From assembly GCA_034669905.1 (NCBI GenBank), contig JAXMOL010000007.1, positions 64,001-128,000 of the forward strand: a stretch of DNA of 64,000 nucleotides, written 5' to 3'. Under the pieces are notes generated by a model, which saw nothing but the letters and a program-made list of their open reading frames with translations, did not search any database and was not told where the DNA came from. The first letter of the stretch is position 1; every line of letters starts with the position of its first letter. The stretch comes from Candidatus Hydrogenedentota bacterium (GTDB lineage: Bacteria; Hydrogenedentota; Hydrogenedentia; Hydrogenedentales; JAEUWI01). Made by a program: the position numbers and the translations under genes. Shown here piece by piece: positions 21,248 through 31,130 of the stretch.

Positions 21248-22765
21248 CTATTCGATGTCGCTCAGGCTGTCGCGGATCGCGAGGATCTCATCCAGACTGT
21301 CAAAGAAGACATCGGTGATCTCGGGGTCGAACTGTTTGCCCCGCTCTTCCCGGAAAAGCTCCAGGATGCGATCCAACTCCCACGCTTCTTTGTAGACCCG
21401 CTTAACCCCGAGGGCATCAAAGACATCGGCGATACAGGTGATGCGTCCGAAAATGTGGATGTCCTTGCCCGAAAGACCGTGGGGATAACCCCGACCGTCA
21501 AAGCGTTCGTGGTGTTGGAGCGCGATGACTGCGGCCGCCTGCAAGACATGGCCCTTGGTCACCTTGAGCATGTCGTAGCCCATGGTCGCATGGGTCTTGA
21601 TAATGTCGAACTCATCCGACGTCAGTTTGCCTGGTTTGTTCAGGATGGCATCGGGAATACCCACCTTACCCACATCATGGAGCGGGGAGGCCAGGCGCAG
21701 GATTTCCGCTTCTGCCGGGGTGAGGCCGCACTTCAGCCCCAATAGCTTGCAGTATTCGGCGACCCGTTTCACGTGAAAGCCCGTCTCCTGCGAGCGGGTC
21801 TCTACGATTTCGCCCAGGGTAAACACGATTTCCCGCTGGGCATCTTCCACATCCCGGAGGAGGCGCACATTTTCCAGTGCCGCCGCCGCGTGGTTGGCCA
21901 TGATGCTGAGAATCTTGAGGTCGGCCTCGGTGAACGTTTTCTGGTTCCGCTTCTCCGTCACATTGAGCACGGCGATGACGCGGCCTTTTTCCCCTTCAGG
22001 GCCTGAAAGGGCGGAACTCTTACGTTCCAGGGGCACCGAGATAAAGGAATTGTCCCGCAGTTGCCAGCTGAGCTTGTCGACGCTGGGTTCCTGGCGGATA
22101 TCTTCGACAAAGAGGGGCTTGACGTTTTCCGCCACCCACCCGGAGATACTATTTTTTACGTGAACCGCCGCGTTGTCGTAGTCCTGGGGAAGGCCCACGC
22201 CCCGGGCGACCGTCATTTGGGTGCCGTCTTCAGAAACGAGCATGAGGGAGCCGCGCTCTGCCTCGACCCGTTGAAGGGCCGCTTCCAGCACGAACTCGAG
22301 CAGCACGTCTTCAGAGCGAATGGACGCGATGCGCTCGCTGATATTGAAGAGCTCGGTGATTTCGAGGAGGCTGGCGTTTTCGTTGGCCAGTCGGCACCGC
22401 TCCAGGGCATTGGTAACCGACATCTTGATTTCGCTGAGATTGAAGGGCTTCAAGACATAGTCATAGGCCCCCTCTTTGACGGCCGCGCGGGCCGTTTCGA
22501 GGGTGGCGTAGCCCGTCATGACAATGGGTACGAGGGCCGGAGCGACCAGGCGGGCCTTTCGGATAAGCTCAATGCCGTCCATTTCGGGCATCATGATGTC
22601 GGTGAAGAGGACCACGAAATCATTGGTCGATTGGAGCATTTCCAGCGCGGCCATGCCGTTGGGGGCAGATGCAACACTAAATCCTTCATCCGTGAGGATG
22701 TCAGACATCAGCTCGCGTATTACGATTTCGTCATCAACGATGAGAATGCGTTCCGCTTTCGCCAT
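21248..22765 (-). CDS. Response regulator REC-GAF-HD-GYP (c-di-GMP phosphodiesterase)
   Basis: IVDDE, TDIMMP, KPF; GAF FISVPL..VLNV; LHDVGKVGIPD..LNKPGKL, HHERFDGRGYP. Confidence 0.92.
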   Translation of the reverse strand: MAKAERILIVDDEIVIRELMSDILTDEGFSVASAPNGMAALEMLQSTNDFVVLFTDIMMPEMDGIELIRKARLVAPALVPIVMTGYATLETARAAVKEGAYDYVLKPFNLSEIKMSVTNALERCRLANENASLLEITELFNISERIASIRSEDVLLEFVLEAALQRVEAERGSLMLVSEDGTQMTVARGVGLPQDYDNAAVHVKNSISGWVAENVKPLFVEDIRQEPSVDKLSWQLRDNSFISVPLERKSSALSGPEGEKGRVIAVLNVTEKRNQKTFTEADLKILSIMANHAAAALENVRLLRDVEDAQREIVFTLGEIVETRSQETGFHVKRVAEYCKLLGLKCGLTPAEAEILRLASPLHDVGKVGIPDAILNKPGKLTSDEFDIIKTHATMGYDMLKVTKGHVLQAAAVIALQHHERFDGRGYPHGLSGKDIHIFGRITCIADVFDALGVKRVYKEAWELDRILELFREERGKQFDPEITDVFFDSLDEILAIRDSLSDIE

Positions 22766-22841
22766 AACTTCTCCCAAAGGCCAGACAGTCTTCGGCTAAT
22801 CATACCACAAATCCGCGCAAACTTCGCAAACTGTCAAGCAA

Positions 22842-24221
22842 CTACTTCATGCCGCAACGCCGCCGAGCCTGCTTCAGGGCCGCACGCACCCGACGGGGCG
22901 CCGTACCCCCCGGATTGTCCCGGCGCTTGACGATGGCCTCCGGGGTAAGTACCTGGAATACGTCCTGCTCAAAGCAGTCCGAGAACGTCTTGTAGACGCT
23001 GAGGGACAGGGCCGGCAAGGTGGTGTTTTCCTGGGTGCAATGCAACACGATCCGTCCAATGATACCATGTGCTTCGCGAAAGGGCACGCCCTTCATCACC
23101 AGGTAATCTGCCAGGTCGGTCGCTTCCATAAAGCCTTCGGCCGTGGCCTGGGCCATGGCATCCCGCTGAATGGCGATAGATGGGATCATGCGGGTGAAGA
23201 CGGCGAGGCACAATTGTACGGTGTCCGACGCGTCGAAGAGGGCTTCCTTGTCTTCCTGCAAATCCCGGTTGTAGGTCATGGGCAGGCCCTTCATCAGGGT
23301 CAGCAGGGCCGTCAGGTCGCCATAGACCCGACCCGTCTTGCCCCGCACCAATTCCGCCACATCGGGGTTTTTCTTCTGGGGCATGATGCTGGAGCCCGTG
23401 GTGAAGGCATCGCCGATTTCCACGAAAGCAAAGGCCGGGCTCGACCAGAGGATGAGCTCTTCGCTGAAGCGGGAGAGGTGCATCATGATAAGGGAAGCGC
23501 CCGCACTGAACTCGATCATGTGATCCCGGTCGGATACGGCGTCCATGCTGTTCTTGGAGATGCCGTCGAATTCGAGCAGATCGGCCACCTGTTTGCGGTC
23601 AATGGGGTAGGGGGTGCCTGCCATGGCCGCCGAACCCAGGGGCAGGATGTTAACCCGCTTGCGCAATTGGGTGAAGCGCTCCGTATCCCGGGCGAGCATT
23701 TCCACATAGGCGAGGAGGTGGTGGGCAAAGAGCACGGGCTGGGCATTCTGTAAATGGGTGAAGCCGGGAAGGATGACGTCAATGTGCCCTTCCGCCAAGG
23801 TAATAAGGGCCGCCTGCAGTTCATTGAGCAGGTCGATGATGGTGTCGATCTGGTCCCGCATCCAGAGGCGCATGTCCGTGGCAATCTGGTCATTGCGGCT
23901 GCGGCCCGTGTGGAGCCGTTTGCCCGCATCGCCGATGCGCGCGACCAAGGCGGCCTCGATGTTGGTGTGCACATCCTCCATCGCCGTATCCCAGGTCATC
24001 TCGCCGGCGGCAATGGACTTGTCGATGGCTTTCAGGCCCTGGATGATTTTTTTTACCTCGGCCTTGGCAATGATATCGCAGTCACCCAGCATGGTGGCGT
24101 GGGCGATGCTCGCCCGAATGTCCCACGGGGCAAGGCGGGAGTCATAGCTCACCGACTCTCCGAGGATTTCGACCAGGTTATCGGTCTTGCCTTCAAAACG
24201 ACCACCCCAGAGTTTGCTCAT
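22842..24221 (-). CDS. argH: Argininosuccinate lyase
   Basis: LWGGRF, HTGRSRNDQ, TGSSIMPQKKNPD, YNRDLQEDK. Confidence 0.98.
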   Translation of the reverse strand: MSKLWGGRFEGKTDNLVEILGESVSYDSRLAPWDIRASIAHATMLGDCDIIAKAEVKKIIQGLKAIDKSIAAGEMTWDTAMEDVHTNIEAALVARIGDAGKRLHTGRSRNDQIATDMRLWMRDQIDTIIDLLNELQAALITLAEGHIDVILPGFTHLQNAQPVLFAHHLLAYVEMLARDTERFTQLRKRVNILPLGSAAMAGTPYPIDRKQVADLLEFDGISKNSMDAVSDRDHMIEFSAGASLIMMHLSRFSEELILWSSPAFAFVEIGDAFTTGSSIMPQKKNPDVAELVRGKTGRVYGDLTALLTLMKGLPMTYNRDLQEDKEALFDASDTVQLCLAVFTRMIPSIAIQRDAMAQATAEGFMEATDLADYLVMKGVPFREAHGIIGRIVLHCTQENTTLPALSLSVYKTFSDCFEQDVFQVLTPEAIVKRRDNPGGTAPRRVRAALKQARRRCGMK

Positions 24222-24417
24222 GCGGGTACCTCTTCCTTCATACTACCTGTGGTCCGGGTGGACCGCCCATTACCAAGCATTCCAAAATGTTCGATGCAAA
24301 CCCCTATCATAGCGGATTCTCCGGGGTGGATTCGAAAAAGGCGGGGCCATAGCTGCCGCGCTTTGTTCCAGATTTTTGTGCCGGGTACTGCGCCCGGCGT
24401 CACAAGGAGCTATTGTA

Positions 24418-25254
24418 ATGTCCTGTATTTTCCGCGCGATGTCGCTTTCGGCATTACTCTATATTTCCCTCGTCACGGGGGCGACGACCCCGCCGCCGAC
24501 CCCGGGCGTCGAAGGGTTTCATCATGGAGAGCTATCCCTTGAGCGGGGCGGGGCCCTGAACTATTACCACCGTCCGGGGGAAGGCCCCACCCTGGTGCTG
24601 GTGCCGGGGACCTGGGGCGGGATCTGGCGCTTCGAATCACTCATTACGCGCTTGCCCCCGATGATGGACATTGCCGTGGTGGAGTTGTGCTGGCAAGACA
24701 AGCGCACACCGGCCACCCTCGATATGGATATGGTGCAGATTTCCGACGATGTGCTCCGCGCTATTGAGGCCATGAAGCTCAAGCAATTCGTTATCGCGGG
24801 CCACAGTATTGGTGGCATGATTGCCGTCGAAATTGCCGGACGCGATCTGCCCGGTCTGGTGGGTGCCATCCCCATGGAAGGCTGGACCCATCACACGGTG
24901 GTCAAGACGGCCTTCGACGGCGTGGTGGTGAACAACCTGACGGAAGAGGAAGAGGCCCTTCGTGCGGCGGACCGTGCCCGGGGACTGGATCACCTCTCCG
25001 ACGCGGAGCGCCATGCCATTGGAAGCATCTGGAAAGGGTGGAATGGCTACGCCGGCCTGGAGCGCTCCACGGTTCCTATCTTGCAGCTCTGGGGCGACCG
25101 GAGTGCACCCCGTCCCGATTGGAAGGCTTTGCAGATTCCGGAACGGGACAATATCACCATCGGTTGGATTGCCAATGCTTCCCACCTTATGCTGCTGGAA
25201 GATCCCGATGCCGTAGCCCGCTTCGTGGCGGACTTTATGGCGAAGCTACGCTGA
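24418..25254 (+). CDS. Secreted alpha/beta hydrolase
   Basis: GHSIGG nucleophile elbow, LWGD, ASHLMLLEDP; AAGGAG RBS; signal peptide. Confidence 0.85.
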   Translation: MSCIFRAMSLSALLYISLVTGATTPPPTPGVEGFHHGELSLERGGALNYYHRPGEGPTLVLVPGTWGGIWRFESLITRLPPMMDIAVVELCWQDKRTPATLDMDMVQISDDVLRAIEAMKLKQFVIAGHSIGGMIAVEIAGRDLPGLVGAIPMEGWTHHTVVKTAFDGVVVNNLTEEEEALRAADRARGLDHLSDAERHAIGSIWKGWNGYAGLERSTVPILQLWGDRSAPRPDWKALQIPERDNITIGWIANASHLMLLEDPDAVARFVADFMAKLR

Positions 25255-25495
25255 AACGGTAGAGCCCAACGTGGGATAGGCGTCTCGCCCACCTTCGGCG
25301 CGTCGATGACCTGTCATGGCGTGTCGTGGGTGTCCGGGAATCCGATTGTCCTGGTACGTGTCTCAGGCCCTTATTAAAAGAGGGGGACGGCCCCGACGTC
25401 CGAGTGATTGCGTGTTTTTGGGGAGTACGTGCTCGCCCTCCCATCGTCATTGTCATGTCGTGGTCTACGGCGTCGGTGCAGTCCCCGCACCCTCA

Positions 25496-25533
25496 CCATC
25501 AGCTGTCAACCGTCAACTATCAACTATCAACTA
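25496..25533. repeat. Heptamer tandem repeat (CTATCAA-like x5) abutting a stop codon
   Basis: ccatcag ctgtcaa ccgtcaa ctatcaa ctatcaa cta. Confidence 0.75.
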
Positions 25534-26922
25534 TCCCAACAATTCCTTCATGCCGTCGGTCATGAGATCATCGACACTGGGGTCGCAGAAGGCCACGGAA
25601 CATTCATAGCCGCCGGTGGGGTATTCTTCTTTGGTGGGGATGTACCACGGGCCACCATCGCCATAGGCCGCCGTGGCCACGAAACGATCTTTCGCCAGGT
25701 CCTGGGCGCGCAATTGATACTCGATAAAGCACTCCGCAGGGAGGTGGAGCAGGCTGATGTCGTTGACCATCAAGGAGCTCAGCACGATGGGCGTGCCCTT
25801 TTCTACCCGCCGCAACCAACTCAGGGTGTAGGAGGGCCGGTTTCGATTCACCACCGAGTTGTCGTGATTATCGATTTCCCTGGCGAGGGCTTCCGCGTCG
25901 TATTTCTTGTTGGCCGGAGGCATAAGGTCGGCCGTGCGCCAAGCGATTTCCTTCAGAGGGACGGGCTTCAACGTGGCTTCAGAGCGGAGAATACCGGCGT
26001 ACATCTTTGCCGTCAGCTCCGCACGAACCGGGTGGGAACCGTCGTTGTATTTACCGGCAGAAATGTTGCCCGCGCATCCCGTGAAGTAGATGTGCGTGCA
26101 GTCGGGCTCTTCTGCCTGCCGCTTCTTTCGTGCGAGCCCGGCGAAATCACTGGTCACCATGCCGTCCCCGTAGTAACTCATGGGATGGGTCGCATAGTAG
26201 TGGGAAGAGACAATCTTTTCATCGCCATCGTAAAAGGCCACCGTCTTCAGGAAGGGGTCGATGATACCCTCCGGCATGGCGCGCAACTCGGGATCTTTGC
26301 AGCTGCTGCCCCGCATGGCTTTGACGGTGCCATCGGGATTGCGGGATACCCGGCGGTTGGAAGCGACTTCCTTTACCTCACCCTGGCCATGGGCCACATG
26401 GGTGACGGTGCGGGCCTTCTTCAGGCCCTCCGTAACGGCCGCACGACCGCGCGCCAGGCACTCCTGAAAATAATCCCGTTCCACAATATGGGGCAGGTCG
26501 CCCTGGGCTTCCACGATGGCCTCGGAATTCAGACAGGCAAAGGGGGCGTTGTGCTGGTGTACACACTGAACCGCGACCCGCTCGGGGGTGGTGCCCGCCG
26601 CTTCGGCCAGGGCGGTGCGCCAGGCGATGTGGGCATCGTTCAGGAGCCCGGTCCAGTCGACCGCACACAAAACGATGGGCTTTCCGGCACCCAGCAAGAC
26701 ATAGCCGATGGCCTCCAGCTTATCGTCGACTCCGACGACGGGCTTGATCCACCCGCCACAGAGGGAATGGCCTTCGGGGGGCGTCACGTCGAAGCGAAAG
26801 GGGGCGATCTGGAGCGATTCTACGGCTTGGGGGGCACCGTTGGCTTCGCCGGGGGCGAGGGTCCAACCCATAAAGGAGGCCGCGAGGGACTGGGCGAGGA
26901 ATTGTCGACGTGAGGGGGCCAT
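25531..26922 (-). CDS. Tat-exported ceramidase-like hypothetical protein (planctomycete-type)
   Basis: SRRQFL Tat motif; DVTPP, QCVHQHNAP, ASNRR, YYATHPMS, GCAGN, HLPAE. Confidence 0.7.
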   Translation of the reverse strand: MAPSRRQFLAQSLAASFMGWTLAPGEANGAPQAVESLQIAPFRFDVTPPEGHSLCGGWIKPVVGVDDKLEAIGYVLLGAGKPIVLCAVDWTGLLNDAHIAWRTALAEAAGTTPERVAVQCVHQHNAPFACLNSEAIVEAQGDLPHIVERDYFQECLARGRAAVTEGLKKARTVTHVAHGQGEVKEVASNRRVSRNPDGTVKAMRGSSCKDPELRAMPEGIIDPFLKTVAFYDGDEKIVSSHYYATHPMSYYGDGMVTSDFAGLARKKRQAEEPDCTHIYFTGCAGNISAGKYNDGSHPVRAELTAKMYAGILRSEATLKPVPLKEIAWRTADLMPPANKKYDAEALAREIDNHDNSVVNRNRPSYTLSWLRRVEKGTPIVLSSLMVNDISLLHLPAECFIEYQLRAQDLAKDRFVATAAYGDGGPWYIPTKEEYPTGGYECSVAFCDPSVDDLMTDGMKELLG

Positions 26923-27224
26923 GAGAGGTGCTCCAATGTTGTTACTACAAGGTGTGCTGGAATTGCCGCTTTCCAGCCCGATACGGCCATTTAAGCAAAG
27001 TCGGGCCCATAACGCAAGCCAGCGGGGAGAATTTTGCGTGTTTCTGTGAGTTTTTCATTTGGCGAAGATTATCGTATACTTAGATAAGCATTGCCATAAG
27101 ATTCTAAATCGCCGGAAGTAGAAATTTCGGGTGGTGGGTGTTCCTCGCTTGTTTTTATCGGGGAAAACACCCGAACTGAGGAGAGCATGACATGGGGCCT
27201 GGCCCACATCAGACAAAGCGGCTT

Positions 27225-29696
27225 ATGGAAGTTCACGGCACGGCGAATAGCCTGTGGCGGTGGGGGAGCGCTGTCGGGATGTCGGCCCTGGGTTGCATGA
27301 CGGTCTTCGCCAGTCCCCCGGCACCGGACTCCCCCCAGTTTTTTGAAACCGAGATTCGCCCCATCCTGGCGTCTTCCTGCGTCAAGTGCCACGGTGAGTC
27401 CAAGCAGAAGGGCGGGCTTCGCCTTGATACCGGTGCCACCCTGCTTGCAGGCGGTGAATCGGGTGCCGTCGTGGTGCCCGGTAATGCGGATGCCAGTGTA
27501 CTTATCCAGGCGGTGCGCTATAGCGACCTGGAAATGCCTCCCAACGAACAGCTGCCAGAAAAACAGGTTGCCGCCCTGACGGCCTGGGTAAACGCCGGTG
27601 CCCCCTGGCCCGAACATGGCGAGGCCGTGCGGGAAGCCGCAAACGTCATTACGGAAGCCGACCGTAACTGGTGGGCCTTTCAGCCCCTGTCCGATCCCCC
27701 GGTTCCCAAAACCATAGGGGACAATTGGTCCCGCAATGCCATTGACCGCTTTGTCTACCAGCGCCTCGCTGAGGAGGAAATGGCGCCGGCACCCCGGGCC
27801 GACAAACGGGTGCTGGTGCGCCGCCTGTATTTCGATCTGCTGGGCCTGCCGCCCACGCCCGAAGAAGTGGATGCTTTCGTTAATGACCCCTCGCCCTATG
27901 CCTATGAGTTGCTCGTGGATAAGTTGCTGGAAGATCCGCGCTACGGCGAACACTGGGCGCGTTTCTGGCTCGACCTGGTCCGCTATGCCGAGTCGGATGG
28001 CTGGAATAAGGATAGTTATCGGCCCCTCATCTGGCGCTACCGTGATTACGTGGTCAACGCACTGAACGACGACAAGCCCTACACGACGTTTGTGCAGGAG
28101 CAACTGGCGGGCGATGAGATTGGGGAAGACGACCCGGAAGATATTATCGCCACCGGCTACTTGCGCCTGGGGATTTACGAATACAACCAACGTGATGCCA
28201 AGTCCCACTGGAATGACATCATGAACGAAATTACCGATGTGACGGGCAATGTCTTCTTTGGTCTTTCCATGTCATGCAGTCGTTGTCATGATCACAAGTT
28301 TGACCCCCTCATGCAGCGGGACTATTTCAGTCTCCGCGCCTTTTTCGAACCGCTCATCTGGCGCGACGATATCCTCGCCGCCACGGAGGAAGAAAAATCC
28401 GCGTGGGAGGTGAAGAATGCCAAGTGGGAAGAAGCCACGGCGGCCATTCGCGCGGAGATGGATGCCCTGATCGCACCGGTCCACGAAAAGAAATGGGCCT
28501 CGACGGTCGACAAGTTCCCGCTGGATATCCAGGATTGTTTCAATAAGCCCAAGAGCGAGCGTACATCCTGGGAACATCAGATGGCCTACCTCGTGGCCCG
28601 TCAGTTTACGGACGAAGGGGGCGGTCCCCTCGCTGGCATGTCCAAAGAAGACAAGGCCAAGCTGGAAGAACTCAAGAAATCGCTCTCGGCGTTCGACGAG
28701 CTGAAGCCGGAACCTCTGCCCCCGGTAATGGCGGTGCGCGACTTTGACGGTGCCATTGCGCCGACGCTCATTCCGGAAGATTCCTCGCAGACCCCGGTGG
28801 AACCCCGTTTCCTGACCGTCCTTGCCCGCAACAACCTGGGGGAGAAGCCCCGGTTTCCGGACCAGCCCAACACCACGGGACGGCGCACCGCCCTGGCGAA
28901 GTGGATCGGGCGGGATGACAATCCCCTCACGACCCGCGTCATTGTGAACCGTATCTGGCAACAGCACTTTGGCGAAGGCATCGTGCCTTCGGCGAGTGAC
29001 TTTGGCCACTTAGGCCAGCCGCCGTCTCATCCCGAATTGCTGGACTGGCTCACCACCCGATTTGTAGAACAGGGCTGGCACTTTAAGGCCCTTCACAAAG
29101 AAATTCTTATGTCGGCCACGTGGCAGCAGTCGGTGAGCCACCCGGAAGTGGCGACCTACCTGGAAAAAGATCCTGCCGAGCAACTGCTCTGGCGCCAACG
29201 GGTTCGCCGTTTACGGGCCGAGCAACTGCGCGATGCCCTGCTCACCGTGAGTGGCGAAATGGATGCGAAAATTGGTGGGCCAAGCGTAGACAGCAAGGTG
29301 CCCCGTCGGGCCCTGTATGTGCGCAGCAAGCGGAATTCTCCCGAGCCTTTCATGTATGCCTTTGATATGGCGAATGGCCTGACCAGTGTGTCTCAGCGAA
29401 CCATCACCACGACGCCTACGCAGGCCCTGTTGATGATTAACGGCGATTATGTGTTGGCACGGGCCATTAAGTTTGGTGGACGGATTCGCCACAGTGGTTC
29501 GGAGACCTGTGCCGGCGCGCTGACCCATGGCTTCCGATTGGCCTGGGGCCGTGAGCCCACCGAGGTGGAATTGCAACGGGCCCTCGATTTTATCGGTGTT
29601 ACGGCAGAGACCAATCCGAAAGAAATGGTTTCCGCGCGCCTTATAGATTTCAGCCATGTGCTACTCAATTCCAACGAGTTTCTATATGTGGACTAA
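27225..29696 (+). CDS. PSD1 / planctomycete cytochrome c domain protein (PSCyt1, DUF1549, DUF1553)
   Basis: CVKCH, GGLRLD, WWAFQPL, YGEHWARFWLDLVRYAES, CSRCHDHKFDP, NPLTTRVIVNRIWQQHFG, NSNEFLYVD. Start could instead be 27192. Confidence 0.93.
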   Translation: MEVHGTANSLWRWGSAVGMSALGCMTVFASPPAPDSPQFFETEIRPILASSCVKCHGESKQKGGLRLDTGATLLAGGESGAVVVPGNADASVLIQAVRYSDLEMPPNEQLPEKQVAALTAWVNAGAPWPEHGEAVREAANVITEADRNWWAFQPLSDPPVPKTIGDNWSRNAIDRFVYQRLAEEEMAPAPRADKRVLVRRLYFDLLGLPPTPEEVDAFVNDPSPYAYELLVDKLLEDPRYGEHWARFWLDLVRYAESDGWNKDSYRPLIWRYRDYVVNALNDDKPYTTFVQEQLAGDEIGEDDPEDIIATGYLRLGIYEYNQRDAKSHWNDIMNEITDVTGNVFFGLSMSCSRCHDHKFDPLMQRDYFSLRAFFEPLIWRDDILAATEEEKSAWEVKNAKWEEATAAIRAEMDALIAPVHEKKWASTVDKFPLDIQDCFNKPKSERTSWEHQMAYLVARQFTDEGGGPLAGMSKEDKAKLEELKKSLSAFDELKPEPLPPVMAVRDFDGAIAPTLIPEDSSQTPVEPRFLTVLARNNLGEKPRFPDQPNTTGRRTALAKWIGRDDNPLTTRVIVNRIWQQHFGEGIVPSASDFGHLGQPPSHPELLDWLTTRFVEQGWHFKALHKEILMSATWQQSVSHPEVATYLEKDPAEQLLWRQRVRRLRAEQLRDALLTVSGEMDAKIGGPSVDSKVPRRALYVRSKRNSPEPFMYAFDMANGLTSVSQRTITTTPTQALLMINGDYVLARAIKFGGRIRHSGSETCAGALTHGFRLAWGREPTEVELQRALDFIGVTAETNPKEMVSARLIDFSHVLLNSNEFLYVD

Positions 29697-29805
29697 AGGC
29701 TATTCAGGTGTCCTTTTGTTACTTCTCTTTCAGTATGAGTTAGCGCCATTTTCTTGAACAAATACGATTTGCCCAATAAATGCCGCACGATGGAGGACTA
29801 AGAAA

Positions 29806-30369
29806 GTGAGTAAGAAACAGGAACCAGCGTATCCGAATTTTACTTGGGACGAATATTTTTGGATAACTACCGCCAGACTTCCCAGTTGGAGTGGGTGTGA
29901 TTCTCGGAATGCTCATGGAGGCAAATCAGAAGGCGAGATCGTATGGTTTTGTTTTGCACCCGAACGGAGGGGTGAGGAACCCTTAACCGAGGACGAAATA
30001 GCCTCGGTTCAGTGGATTATCGATCATGAGGAGGCGATTCATGATTCGTTGTTGCAAGGGTTGTTCAAGCACTACCCGAGCATCAGGGAATTAGAGTCGG
30101 AGAATATTGAAGAGGAAGAAATCGAAAAGCTCCTTCCCGCCGTTGATACACCTGCGGACTTCAATAAGTACATTGGAATCCATTGTATCAATGTCCATCA
30201 GATTGATGGCGGCGAAGCACCGTATTTCGGTATAGAGTTGTGGTGTCCGTGGGATGAGGATCATACCCAGGGGATATTGATGCATGGGATTGAAGTGTTA
30301 GAGGTTGGCGGCGTTGATGTGGCAGTCACCCTATACATCGCCGAGAACTATGCTAAGAAGAAGCTATAG
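29806..30369 (+). CDS. DUF6985-like protein (putative immunity-type), copy 1
   Basis: Acidic 187-aa protein ending GIELWCPWDEDHTQGILMHG.EVLEVG; GGAGG RBS with GTG start. Confidence 0.65.
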   Translation: MSKKQEPAYPNFTWDEYFWITTARLPSWSGCDSRNAHGGKSEGEIVWFCFAPERRGEEPLTEDEIASVQWIIDHEEAIHDSLLQGLFKHYPSIRELESENIEEEEIEKLLPAVDTPADFNKYIGIHCINVHQIDGGEAPYFGIELWCPWDEDHTQGILMHGIEVLEVGGVDVAVTLYIAENYAKKKL

Positions 30370-30527
30370 GGTGAAGAAACTGTTTTTTTGTTTGGCTTAA
30401 TCACGCAAACTGGCGTCCGTCTCATCCGTGGATAAAATTGTTTGAGGCTGTCCCGGCAGTGTCTTACACTTTCTAACAAGTCTGTAACCCCGATGTTCAG
30501 AACACGGCGCATCGAGGAGCTAAGAGA

Positions 30528-31094
30528 ATGGGCGAAGAAACAAGACCAGAGTTTCCAACCTTTGCCTGGGATGTGTGTTCTTGGACAACGACCGCCCAAC
30601 TCCCCAGTTGGCATGGGTGTGGGAGCAAGAATGGCTGTGGGGAGTATTCCCGATCAGACGGGGATATTGTGGCGTTTGATTTTGCTCCCGACGACCGGGG
30701 GGATGAGCCGTTGACGGAAGCGGAGATAAACCTTGTGCGCTGGGTAGTCGACCATGAAAAAGAAGTACATGACGCGATCTTAGAGGGACTCTTTGAGAAT
30801 CATCCGGGCATCCGGGAAGAATGGCTGGAGTACATACCGGAGGGTCAAGTCGAAAGATGCGTTCCGGCGGTCGGTTCGCCCGAGGATTTTGATAATTACA
30901 TAGGCATTAACGCAATTTACGTTCATCAGATTGACGATGGCCAGGCACCCTATATTGGCATCGAGTTGTGGTGTCCCTGGGATGACGATCATACCCAGGG
31001 GATCTTGATGCATGGCACCGACGTCCTTGAGATCGGTGACGCTATGCTGGCGATTACACTGGACTATGCCACGAAGCACGCCCAAGGGAAATAG
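30528..31094 (+). CDS. DUF6985-like protein, copy 2
   Basis: Colinear paralog of 29806..30369 (WTTTAQLPSW.GC, GIELWCPWDDDHTQGILMHG). Confidence 0.65.
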   Translation: MGEETRPEFPTFAWDVCSWTTTAQLPSWHGCGSKNGCGEYSRSDGDIVAFDFAPDDRGDEPLTEAEINLVRWVVDHEKEVHDAILEGLFENHPGIREEWLEYIPEGQVERCVPAVGSPEDFDNYIGINAIYVHQIDDGQAPYIGIELWCPWDDDHTQGILMHGTDVLEIGDAMLAITLDYATKHAQGK

Positions 31095-31130
31095 AGCGAA
31101 CCCGGCGTATTGACGAAGGAGAAGATTCTC

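Noticed and set aside
30412..30436. Possible single arm of another 9-nt element (tccgtctca-tccgtggat)
   Set aside because: Only two units and no partner arm found; could be chance.
30471..30502. attC-like ttctaac...gttcagaa between the DUF6985-like genes
   Set aside because: About 32 nt, too short for attC; no L boxes, no second copy and no integron integrase seen.
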